A stretch of DNA of 47,024 nucleotides from an uncultured Planctomycetia bacterium. GTDB lineage: Bacteria; Omnitrophota; Gorgyraeia; Gorgyraeales; Gorgyraeaceae. The notes beneath the pieces are model-generated. The model had not been told where the DNA came from. It made no database searches and saw only the letters and a list, made by a program, of their open reading frames with translations. A program made the position numbers and the translations under genes. Below are positions 39,050-47,024 of the stretch, piece by piece (positions within the stretch are counted from its first letter, which is position 1; every line of letters begins with the position of its first letter). The DNA is taken from assembly GCA_964566255.1 (NCBI GenBank), contig CAZMID010000005.1, positions 30,830 through 77,853 on the forward strand, given 5' to 3'.

Positions 39050-39984
39050 ATAGGACTGCTGCTATTTTTACAGGTAATTCTAATCCTCAGCTAGCAAAAG
39101 AGATTGTTAAATATCTGAAGATGCCTCTTGGGAAGGCTAATGTAGAGACGTTTCCCGAAGGCGAGACAAGTGTAAAGATAGAAGAAAACATTAGAGGTAA
39201 GGATGTTTTTATTGTGCAGTCAACATGCCCTCCTCCAAATCAGAACATGATGGAGCTTTTGATTCTAATAGACGCAGCCAGACGTGCATCTGCAAAAAGG
39301 ATTACAGCAGTTCTTCCTTATTTTGGATACGCAAGGCAGGACAGAAAAGATCAGCCAAGAGTCCCTATAACAGCAAAGTTAGTTGCAAATTTACTTACTA
39401 CAGCCGGCGCAGATAGAATTTTAACAATCGATCTACACGCAGGTCAGATACAGGGATTTTTTGATATACCACTAGATCATCTTTTTGCAGTAAACGTATT
39501 TGTAGATTATTTTGAAAAATTTAAGATTAAAAACCTTGTAATGGTCTCTCCTGATGTAGGTGGCATAAAAATGGCAAGGGCATATGCAAAGAGATTCAAA
39601 TGTCCATTAGCCATAGTTGATAAAAGAAGGGTTTCAGGAGAAGATACAGAGGTAATGAATATACTTGGAGAGGTAAAAGGAAAGAACGCTGTTTTAGTAG
39701 ATGATATTGTTGCAACAGCAGGTTCTTTGCTAGAAGCTTCCTCTGCTCTTAAAAAACACGGGGCAAAGGATATCTATGCTGCTATTACACATCCAGTACT
39801 TTCAGGACCTGCAATAAAACGCATAGAATCTTCTCCAATAAAGAAGATATTTGTACAGAACACCATTCCCGTAGAGGACGGGAAAAAACATAAAAAGATA
39901 AAAGTATTGTCTATAGCGCCGCTTTTGGCAGAGGCAATCAAAAGAATTCACAACGAGGAGTCAGTAAGTTGTTTGTTCGATTAG
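39046..39984 (+). CDS. prs: Ribose-phosphate pyrophosphokinase
   Basis: PYFGYARQDRK, DLHAGQIQGFFD, VSPDVGG, VDDIVATAGS. Confidence 0.98.
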   Translation: MNRTAAIFTGNSNPQLAKEIVKYLKMPLGKANVETFPEGETSVKIEENIRGKDVFIVQSTCPPPNQNMMELLILIDAARRASAKRITAVLPYFGYARQDRKDQPRVPITAKLVANLLTTAGADRILTIDLHAGQIQGFFDIPLDHLFAVNVFVDYFEKFKIKNLVMVSPDVGGIKMARAYAKRFKCPLAIVDKRRVSGEDTEVMNILGEVKGKNAVLVDDIVATAGSLLEASSALKKHGAKDIYAAITHPVLSGPAIKRIESSPIKKIFVQNTIPVEDGKKHKKIKVLSIAPLLAEAIKRIHNEESVSCLFD

Positions 39985-40000
39985 AAAAGGAGTGATTTAA

Positions 40001-40753
40001 ATGGACTTTGTAGATCTAAAAGCAAATTTAAGAGAAGAAAGGGGCAAAGAACTAAATAAGAGTTTAAGGGGAGGCGGTTTAGTTCCAGCCATAGCATACA
40101 AAAAAGGCACAGAATCAGTGAGTCTCAAGATAGATAAAAAGACCCTTCTAAAGACACTTCATACAGAAGCAGGGGAGAACGTTATAATAAAGCTTCATAT
40201 AGAAGGCCTTCGTAAGGACAAAGAGCGCACAGTGATTCTAAAAGAGATTCAAAGAGATCCGGTTAAGGGCCATCTAGTGCATGTAGATTTTCTGGAGATA
40301 TCTTTAACAGAGACCCTCAAGGTAAAAGTACCTATTGCAGGAAAAGGCGAAGCTGTAGGCGTAAAGCAGGACGGTGGCGTATTACAGCATATATTGTGGG
40401 AAGTCGAAGTAGAGTGTTTACCTACTAATATTCCTGAGAAGATAGAAATAGATGTTACCAATCTAAAGATAGGCGACTCAATTCATTTAAAGGATGTTTT
40501 GCCTCCTGAAGGTGTAAAGATATTAGACGATCTTGAAGGCGTTGTTTTTAGTGTGGAACAGCCAAAGGCAGTTGAAGATATTGTAGCAGCACCTGCAGAA
40601 GGAGAAATACTGGAACCAGAGGTGATAAAAGAGAAGAAAGAGGAAGTTGAAGAAGGCGAAGAAGAAGCTAAAGAGGCAAAACCAGAAGAGAAAAAAGAAG
40701 CAAAGAAAGAAGAAAAAAAAGAAACAAAGAAAAGCCAAGACAAGAAAGAATAA
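40001..40753 (+). CDS. rplY: 50S ribosomal protein L25 (Ctc long form) with E/K-rich tail
   Basis: LR..G.VPAI.Y, KEIQRDPV...VHVDF, GVKQDGG, CLPTNIPE.I.IDV..L.IGDSI. Confidence 0.95.
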   Translation: MDFVDLKANLREERGKELNKSLRGGGLVPAIAYKKGTESVSLKIDKKTLLKTLHTEAGENVIIKLHIEGLRKDKERTVILKEIQRDPVKGHLVHVDFLEISLTETLKVKVPIAGKGEAVGVKQDGGVLQHILWEVEVECLPTNIPEKIEIDVTNLKIGDSIHLKDVLPPEGVKILDDLEGVVFSVEQPKAVEDIVAAPAEGEILEPEVIKEKKEEVEEGEEEAKEAKPEEKKEAKKEEKKETKKSQDKKE

Positions 40754-40760
40754 ATATTGC

Positions 40761-41339
40761 ATGAAGCTAATCGTCGGGTTAGGCAACCCTGGTAGAGAAT
40801 ATACTTTTACGCGCCACAATGTAGGATTCATGGTTATCGAAGAAGTGGCCATGAATAATAATATTAAGTGGAAGAGCAATAAACGCTTTAAGGTATTAAA
40901 AGGGGAAGGAAAGATAAAAGGAGAGCGCAGTTATCTTGCAATGCCGCAGACTTTCATGAATCTTTCAGGGAATTCTGTGAGAGGCGTTGTAAATTGGTTA
41001 AAGATAAATTTAAAACATGTCTTGGTTGTCATAGATGACGTGTCTCTACCTTTTGGCGGAATACGATTAAGATCAAAAGGGTCATCTGCAGGACATAAAG
41101 GATTGGATTCGATAATAAGTTGTTTGGGGACTAATGAGTTTGCAAGGATGAGAGTTGGAATTATGGGTGAGGGTGCTTCAAAGGACCTCAGTAAATATGT
41201 CCTTAGCGGCTTTACAAAGAAAGAACAAAAATCTCTTCCAGATATTTTAGAACGTTCTTCTTTAGCATGCGAATGTTGGGTTAAAGAAGGCATTGCTAAA
41301 GCAATGAACAAATATAATTCAAAACTAAAGGTAAATTAG
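40761..41339 (+). CDS. pth: Peptidyl-tRNA hydrolase
   Basis: MKLIVGLGNPG, TRHNVGF, PQTFMNLSG, GS.AGHKG, RMRVGI. True start at 40761. Confidence 0.96.
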   Translation: MKLIVGLGNPGREYTFTRHNVGFMVIEEVAMNNNIKWKSNKRFKVLKGEGKIKGERSYLAMPQTFMNLSGNSVRGVVNWLKINLKHVLVVIDDVSLPFGGIRLRSKGSSAGHKGLDSIISCLGTNEFARMRVGIMGEGASKDLSKYVLSGFTKKEQKSLPDILERSSLACECWVKEGIAKAMNKYNSKLKVN

Positions 41340-41349
41340 GAGGTTATGA

Positions 41350-41631
41350 ATGAAGGCTTACGAAGCACTGTTTATTTTTAAACCAGATCTTAAAAAAGAA
41401 GGCCTTAGTAAGGTTTCTAGTCAAGTTCAAGAGGCAATTGGAAAACACAAAGGCTCTATTGAAAAAAAAGACGAGTGGGGTAAAAAAAGCCTAGCTTATA
41501 CAATAAAAAAATATAAGGAAGGATTTTATTATCTTATAGATTTTCATATAGATCCAGAGGCTATAACTAAGCTTAAAAGGGCTTTTATTCTCAACGAGTC
41601 AATATTGAGGACATTGATTATAGTTGCTTGA
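41350..41631 (+). CDS. rpsF: 30S ribosomal protein S6
   Basis: YEALFI.KPD, WGKK.LAY.IKK..EG.Y, ILR; rpsF-ssb-rpsR synteny. Confidence 0.96.
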   Translation: MKAYEALFIFKPDLKKEGLSKVSSQVQEAIGKHKGSIEKKDEWGKKSLAYTIKKYKEGFYYLIDFHIDPEAITKLKRAFILNESILRTLIIVA

Positions 41632-41653
41632 TAGACGCTGAAGGGAGGGAAAG

Positions 41654-42091
41654 ATGGCCGGTTTAAACAAGGTATTCCTTATGGGGAATCTCACGAGAGA
41701 TCCAGAATTACGCTATGTGCCGAGCGGAGCGCCAGTGGCTACATTTGGATTAGCAGTGAATAGGCGATATGTAACGCAGCATGGAGAGAAGAAAGATGAA
41801 GTCTGTTTTGTACGTGTTGTAGTTTTTGGAAAACAGGCAGAGAGTTGCAGCCAACACCTTAATAAAGGCCGACTTGTGTTTATAGAGGGCCGCCTGCAGT
41901 ATCGTTCATGGGAACAAGATGGACAAAAAAGGAGTTCATTGGATGTCGTAGCAGATAGGGTTCAATTTTTAGGTGCACCAAGATCGCAAAGTGGCGATAC
42001 ACATGAAAGTCCTGAGACAACAAAAGAGGCATTTGTAGAAAAATCAAACTCAGGGCCTGAATTTAATAGAGAAGAAGAAGCACCTTTTTAA
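41654..42091 (+). CDS. ssb: Single-stranded DNA-binding protein
   Basis: NKVFLMGNLTRDPELRY, KGRLVFIEGRLQ, acidic tail EEEAPF. Confidence 0.97.
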   Translation: MAGLNKVFLMGNLTRDPELRYVPSGAPVATFGLAVNRRYVTQHGEKKDEVCFVRVVVFGKQAESCSQHLNKGRLVFIEGRLQYRSWEQDGQKRSSLDVVADRVQFLGAPRSQSGDTHESPETTKEAFVEKSNSGPEFNREEEAPF

Positions 42092-42118
42092 TTAACGTAG
42101 TATTAAGGGAGGATTTAC

Positions 42119-42397
42119 ATGCCAGAGGACAGACGTGGTAGGTTTAGTAAGTTTAAGAAGAAAGACAAGAAGGGCTCAAAGAGAAAGTTTTTCAGAAAAA
42201 AGGTCTGTAAGTTTTGCGTGGATAAAGTAGACAGTATAGACTATAAAGATATTGCAAGACTTAGGAAATTTGTTACTGAAAAAGGCAAGATGTTACCGAG
42301 TCGCATCACTGGAAATTGCGCCAAACATCAAAGAGGAGTGGCAGAGGCAATAAAAAGAGCACGGTTTATAGCACTCCTTCCGTACGTAGGAGAATAA
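42119..42397 (+). CDS. rpsR: 30S ribosomal protein S18
   Basis: [38 protein letters not shown]. Confidence 0.97.
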   Translation: MPEDRRGRFSKFKKKDKKGSKRKFFRKKVCKFCVDKVDSIDYKDIARLRKFVTEKGKMLPSRITGNCAKHQRGVAEAIKRARFIALLPYVGE

Positions 42398-42402
42398 TAT
42401 TT

Positions 42403-42846
42403 ATGAAAGTAATATTAATAGAGGATGTAAAGCATTTAGGTTCAATGAGTGATATCGTTAATGTGAAAGAAGGTTATGCTAGGAATTTTCTATTTCCAAA
42501 AAAACTGGCAAAACTTGCAGTATCCTCGAATCTTAAGATTGTCGATGAGATTAAGAAGAAAAAAACCCAGGCCCTTGAAAAAGAGAAAAAAGACGCAGAA
42601 TTGCTCAAAGAAAAACTTAGTTCCATATCTTGCACAATCACTGTTGAGGCAGGAGATGATGATAAGCTTTTTGGGAGCGTCATGCCGCAGGATATAGCGG
42701 ATGCGCTTCAATCAGAAGGATTTTCATTGGATAAGAAAAAAATAACTATCGATGAACCCATAAAAAAGTTGGGGGTCTATCACGTTAATGTAAAACTCCA
42801 CCCTGAAGTAAAGACTACTCTGAAGATCTGGGTGGTAAAGAGGTAA
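42403..42846 (+). CDS. rplI: 50S ribosomal protein L9
   Basis: MKVILIEDV..LG, VKEGYARNFLFPK, KLFGSV, IKKLG, LHPEV. Start at ATG 42403. Confidence 0.97.
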   Translation: MKVILIEDVKHLGSMSDIVNVKEGYARNFLFPKKLAKLAVSSNLKIVDEIKKKKTQALEKEKKDAELLKEKLSSISCTITVEAGDDDKLFGSVMPQDIADALQSEGFSLDKKKITIDEPIKKLGVYHVNVKLHPEVKTTLKIWVVKR

Positions 42847-44204
42847 TGATGGATAAGATTGATTTAAGTCTTGAAAAAATGCCGCCTCAAAATCTAGAGG
42901 CAGAAATGGCTGTTTTGGGTTCAATGCTCATAGAAGAGCATGCCATAGCAGATGCCATAGAGCTTTTGGATTCAAGTTGTTTTTATAGCGATAAAAATTG
43001 TATAATATTCGAATGTATTCTAAATTTATACAGTGAAAATAAGGCAGTAGATATTGTTACCTTGATAGAACGGTTGAAAAAGATTGATGATTTGGAAAAA
43101 ATAGGCGGGGCTACATACGTAACAGGCCTTACCACAGTAGTTCCTACCGCAGCAAATATAAAACATTATGCTGGTATTGTAAAAGAAAAAAGTATCCTGC
43201 GAAATCTTATATCCACAGCTACGCATATAATTTCTGAGAGCTATGATCCTCAGAGTGAGGTTGAAAAGGTCTTGGATAAGGCAGAGCGGATGATATTCGA
43301 GATCTCCAGTAAAAAAATAGATACAAATTTTGCAGCCATAAAGGAAATCATAAAGCACAGCATAGAAACCATAGATACCTTGTATCAGAAAAAGGCACAT
43401 GTTACTGGTATATCGACTGGATTTAGTGATTTTGATAGTTTAACAGCAGGGCTGCACCCGTCTGACTTAATAATTTTTGCAGGCAGACCTTCTATGGGGA
43501 AAAGTGCTTTTATAGCTTCAATCGCAGAACACGTAGGCATAGCACAAAAAACACCGCTTGTCATATTTAGTCTTGAGATGTCTAAAGAGCAGCTTGTTCA
43601 GAGGATGTTATGTTCTCATGCTAGAGTTAATGCTCATAATGTAAGGACTGGATTTTTATCACAATCTGACTGGCCGCGTCTTACAAATGCTGCAGGAAAA
43701 CTTTCAGAGGCACCTATTTTTATAGATGATACAGCAGGGCTATCTGTTTTAGAGTTAAGGGCAAAGGCCAGACGCTTAAAATCCCAGCATGATATACAAC
43801 TTATAATGGTAGATTACCTTCAGTTAATGCAAGGCCTGAAGGGATCAGAGAATAGGCAGCAAGAGATATCAGAGATATCCCGTTCTTTAAAAGCCCTTGC
43901 AAGGGAATTAAGAGTTCCATTAATAGCGGTTAGTCAGCTTTCAAGGGCAGTGGAGACGCGCCAGGATCACAGGCCACAGCTTTCAGATCTAAGGGAGTCA
44001 GGCGCCATAGAGCAGGATGCTGATGTAGTAGGACTTCTTTTAAGAGAAGAATATTACAATCCAACAGAAGAAAATAGAGGCATAGCAGAAGTCATTATAG
44101 CCAAACAGCGTAATGGTCCAGTAGGTTCTCTCAAGATGACATTCATAAAAGAATATGCTAGATTTGAGAACCTTGCAATGGTCAGAGAAGAGATTATGGA
44201 GTAA
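42846..44204 (+). CDS. dnaB: Replicative DNA helicase
   Basis: PPQNLEAE.AVLG, AGRPSMGKS, VDYLQLM, SQLSR, LSDLRESGAIEQDAD, KQRNGP; no intein. Confidence 0.98.
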   Translation: MMDKIDLSLEKMPPQNLEAEMAVLGSMLIEEHAIADAIELLDSSCFYSDKNCIIFECILNLYSENKAVDIVTLIERLKKIDDLEKIGGATYVTGLTTVVPTAANIKHYAGIVKEKSILRNLISTATHIISESYDPQSEVEKVLDKAERMIFEISSKKIDTNFAAIKEIIKHSIETIDTLYQKKAHVTGISTGFSDFDSLTAGLHPSDLIIFAGRPSMGKSAFIASIAEHVGIAQKTPLVIFSLEMSKEQLVQRMLCSHARVNAHNVRTGFLSQSDWPRLTNAAGKLSEAPIFIDDTAGLSVLELRAKARRLKSQHDIQLIMVDYLQLMQGLKGSENRQQEISEISRSLKALARELRVPLIAVSQLSRAVETRQDHRPQLSDLRESGAIEQDADVVGLLLREEYYNPTEENRGIAEVIIAKQRNGPVGSLKMTFIKEYARFENLAMVREEIME

Positions 44205-44233
44205 TTGACATCGAATGCCATATATGATATATT
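44205..44233 (+). promoter_or_regulatory. Candidate bamA-skp promoter
   Basis: TTGACA (44205-44210), 17 nt, TATATT (44228-44233) with extended TG. Confidence 0.65.
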
Positions 44234-44244
44234 CATTAATAATA

Positions 44245-46578
44245 ATGATTAGAAAAAACCCAGTAAAAAATTTCCTTATAGCCGTTGTGGCTTTATTTTT
44301 CTTACTAGTGTCTTTCTCGCCTCAAGCTCTAGCAGCAAGGGCTCGCACTAAGAAGATTATCAAATATGTCGATGTAAGGAATAATAAGACGGTATCGTCT
44401 GCAAAGATCTTATCAAAACTAAAAACTAAAAGAGGCAAAACCTTTTTAGAAAAGGTAGTGAATGAAGACGTTAAAAGATTATATCTTATGGGATTTTTTA
44501 GCGATGTATCCGTAACTATCGAGGATATACAGGATGGAGTAGGTGTTATATTTATAGTTGTAGAAAGGGCGCCTCTTGCATCAGTTAGATTCACTGGTAA
44601 CAGGGCTTATAAGGATACTAAACTAAAAGAGCTTATCAAGTCAAAGTTGAATGAGTTTACAGATGAAAAACGTCTTAAAAAAGATGCAGACGCAATAAAA
44701 GATATGTATAAAAGGGCAGGGTACCCGTGGGTAGAAGTAAGTTATAGAGTAGATACAAACCAGACGAAGAATGAATCAATAGCAGTTTTTATCATAAAAG
44801 AAGGGTCAAAGGCAGTCGTAAGAAGGATAAAGATAGTCGGTAACACCGCCTTTAAAGACAAGAAACTTCTTAAAGTCATAAAGAGTAGGACTGCTGGATT
44901 TTTTAGATCAGGTGTTTACAAGAAAGATGTAGTGGATGACGATATGGAGAGGCTGAAGCATTTTTATAAGCAAGAAGGTTTTCTTGATGTAGAAGCAACA
45001 TATGAAGTATTGACACAGGAAAAAGGAAGAAAAAGATGGATAGAGCTTGTGATACAACTTGAAGAAGGTAGACGTTATATCGCAGGCGATGTAAGGATGG
45101 GAGGCAATAGGGTATTTTCTGATGAAGAGTTAAAGGGAATTTTAAGCTTAAGGGAAGGTGATACATTTACAGAAAGTGCTTTATATAAAGAGGTAGCCCT
45201 TATACAAGAACATTATTTTGACAAGGGTTATATAATGGCCAGAGTAAAACCTGAGACAGTGTTAAATATTAAGACTGGGAAGGTGGATATTGATTATAAG
45301 GTGACAGAAGGAGAAGTCTGTTATGTAAATAGAGTTAACATCCGTGGCAACACAAAGACAAAGGATGTTGTTATTAGAAGGGAATTAAGGCTTTACCCGG
45401 GTGATAGATACGATGGAGACAAGCTTCAAAGGAGTAAAGAGCGTTTATACAATCTAGGGTTTTTTGAAGACATAACATTTGATGTAGAGGATACAAAAGT
45501 ACCCAGTAAAAAGGATATGGTGGTAGAGGTAAAAGAGGCCAAGACAGGAGAATTCAGTTTTGGAGGAGGATTTTCTTCTATTGATAAACTAGTGGGTTTT
45601 ATAGAAGTAGAACAGCGCAATTTTGATCTTTTTAATTTTCCTACATTCACAGGAGATGGCCAGGATCTTAAATTACGAGGTGAATTTGGTAGTGTCCGGA
45701 AGAATTATCTTTTAAGCTGGACTGAGCCGTGGATATTCGATCATCCTCTTTCTTTTGGGTTTGATTTATATGCCAGCGAACGAAAAAGAAGTGGATCTAC
45801 AGGATATGCTTATGATGAAGAAAGAGAAGGAGGCGCTGTAAGGTTAGGTAAGGAATTTAGCGAATACGTAAGAGGAGATTTTACATATAGATTGGAGTCA
45901 GTAACTATATCAGACTTATCTAGCGATGCATCCCAGGAATTACAGGATGAAGAAGGTGAAAAGACAGTAAGCAGTACCTTCTTTCAGCTTACAAAGGATA
46001 CGAGGGATAATAGATTTAGCCCAAAAGAAGGCCATGTATTAAGCGGATCTGTAGAAGTAGCAGGTGGTATTATAGGAGGGGACAGGGATTTTGCAAAGGT
46101 TTTTAGTTCTCTTAGCAATTATTCTAGCATTGGACCTTTTGTTTTAGAATTGAAGTTAAGAAGTGGCGTTGTTTCTTCATACAGTGATACAGGAAGGGTC
46201 CCTATATACGAGCGTTTCTTCGCCGGTGGTACTTATACAGTACGAGGCTATAAAGAGCGTGACATTGGGCCAAAAGATACTTCGGGGGACTCAATAGGAG
46301 GCGGTACCACAATTGTCGGTAATGCAGAACTTACTTTTGTTATAATTGAAAATTTAAAAGGTGCCTTATTTATCGACGGTGGAAATGTCTGGGCCAGACC
46401 TGATAGTAAACCAAAAAATGGCTATACCACAGGAGGGATAAAATTTGGTACTGGTGTAGGACTTAGAATAAATACACCAATAGGACCAGTAAAATTAGAC
46501 TTTGGCGTTCCTTTGAATGCAGCCTCGCACCAGGAGGATGAAGCTAGGTTTCATTTTAGTATGTCGAGGGGGTTTTAA
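44245..46578 (+). CDS. bamA: Outer membrane protein assembly factor BamA
   Basis: Signal peptide, POTRA repeats (GN..TKD.VIRRE), ERFFAGG..TVRGY, TPIGPVKLDFG, C-terminal F. Start probably ATG 44245, downstream of the promoter. Confidence 0.95.
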   Translation: MIRKNPVKNFLIAVVALFFLLVSFSPQALAARARTKKIIKYVDVRNNKTVSSAKILSKLKTKRGKTFLEKVVNEDVKRLYLMGFFSDVSVTIEDIQDGVGVIFIVVERAPLASVRFTGNRAYKDTKLKELIKSKLNEFTDEKRLKKDADAIKDMYKRAGYPWVEVSYRVDTNQTKNESIAVFIIKEGSKAVVRRIKIVGNTAFKDKKLLKVIKSRTAGFFRSGVYKKDVVDDDMERLKHFYKQEGFLDVEATYEVLTQEKGRKRWIELVIQLEEGRRYIAGDVRMGGNRVFSDEELKGILSLREGDTFTESALYKEVALIQEHYFDKGYIMARVKPETVLNIKTGKVDIDYKVTEGEVCYVNRVNIRGNTKTKDVVIRRELRLYPGDRYDGDKLQRSKERLYNLGFFEDITFDVEDTKVPSKKDMVVEVKEAKTGEFSFGGGFSSIDKLVGFIEVEQRNFDLFNFPTFTGDGQDLKLRGEFGSVRKNYLLSWTEPWIFDHPLSFGFDLYASERKRSGSTGYAYDEEREGGAVRLGKEFSEYVRGDFTYRLESVTISDLSSDASQELQDEEGEKTVSSTFFQLTKDTRDNRFSPKEGHVLSGSVEVAGGIIGGDRDFAKVFSSLSNYSSIGPFVLELKLRSGVVSSYSDTGRVPIYERFFAGGTYTVRGYKERDIGPKDTSGDSIGGGTTIVGNAELTFVIIENLKGALFIDGGNVWARPDSKPKNGYTTGGIKFGTGVGLRINTPIGPVKLDFGVPLNAASHQEDEARFHFSMSRGF

Positions 46579-47024
46579 ATGAAAAGATCTTTGGTGTTTA
46601 GTTTGATTTTTATATTATTATTTTCCTTTTCAGGAGTATCTTTAGCCCAGTCAGATATAAAGATTGGTTACGTAGACCTTTCAAGGGCATTTGATGAATA
46701 CAAAAAGACAAAGGATTTTGATAGGGCGCTTGAACAAAGAGGCGATAAAAAACAAATAGAAAGAGAAAAGGTAGTTAAAGACATAAGAAAAATGAGGGAC
46801 GAGCTTGAGCTTTTAAATGAAAAGGCAAGGCGTAAAAAGGAACAGGCCATAGAGGAAAGAATAGAATCTCTTCAAGGGTTTGACCAGGATGCAAAGGCAG
46901 AGCTTATAAAGGAAAGAGATGACATGGTAAGAGATATTTTGGAAGAGATGAATGATGTGATACAGGAATATGGGAGTGCTCAAGGATATTCAATGATCTT
47001 GAATGATAGAGTGCTTTTGTACGG
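46579..47024 (+). CDS. skp: Skp/OmpH periplasmic chaperone; runs off the window
   Basis: Manual translation MKRSLVFSLIFILLFSFSGVSLAQSDIKIGYVDLSRAFDEY, coiled coil, GYSMILN..VLLY; follows bamA. Confidence 0.9.
   Translation, partial: MKRSLVFSLIFILLFSFSGVSLAQSDIKIGYVDLSRAFDEYKKTKDFDRALEQRGDKKQIEREKVVKDIRKMRDELELLNEKARRKKEQAIEERIESLQGFDQDAKAELIKERDDMVRDILEEMNDVIQEYGSAQGYSMILNDRVLLY

Noticed and set aside
40621-40760. A/G-rich quasi-repeats and the K-rich extension of pth from 40647
   Set aside because: This is low-complexity coding for the E/K tail of L25; pth starts at 40761.
42316-42402. Upstream extensions of rplI (and likewise dciA at 26455, spoVG at 37240, bamA at 44215)
   Set aside because: They overlap upstream genes or promoters; the conserved N-termini begin at later ATGs.

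Overview
Replication-origin region of a low-GC diderm bacterium (BamA and Skp present). The gene set and protein styles suggest Ca. Omnitrophota/PVC, but that is inference only. All confidently called genes lie on the minus strand up to rpmH (23779) and on the plus strand from dnaA (23888); oriC (DnaA boxes plus DnaA-trios) sits between dnaA and dnaN, and a parS site lies inside parB. The window is mostly housekeeping: a sulfur cluster (DUF39, cysK, Rrf2, ThiI-like), rarA, 6S RNA, pheT/pheS, ktrAB, rplT-rpmI-infC-thrS, five tRNAs, split coaB/coaC, rpoZ-gmk-yicC, a PEPCK-like gene, ndk, parAB, jag-yidC-yidD-rnpA-rpmH, dnaA-dnaN-dciA-gyrBA, hisG, bS22, a TPR protein, split transketolase, ispE-spoVG-glmU-prs-rplY-pth-rpsF-ssb-rpsR-rplI-dnaB-bamA-skp. 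I saw no CRISPR array, IS element or prophage. The most unusual items are a secreted fibre-like gene between pheS and pheT, an HTH + LAGLIDADG-like ORF starting 9 nt after tRNA-Val, a coaB that seems to need an ATT start (or a frameshift), an uncalled 49-aa basic ORF resembling ribosome-rescue factors before hisG, a terminator-like hairpin just before the tRNA-Cys/thrS cluster, and three near-leaderless promoters.
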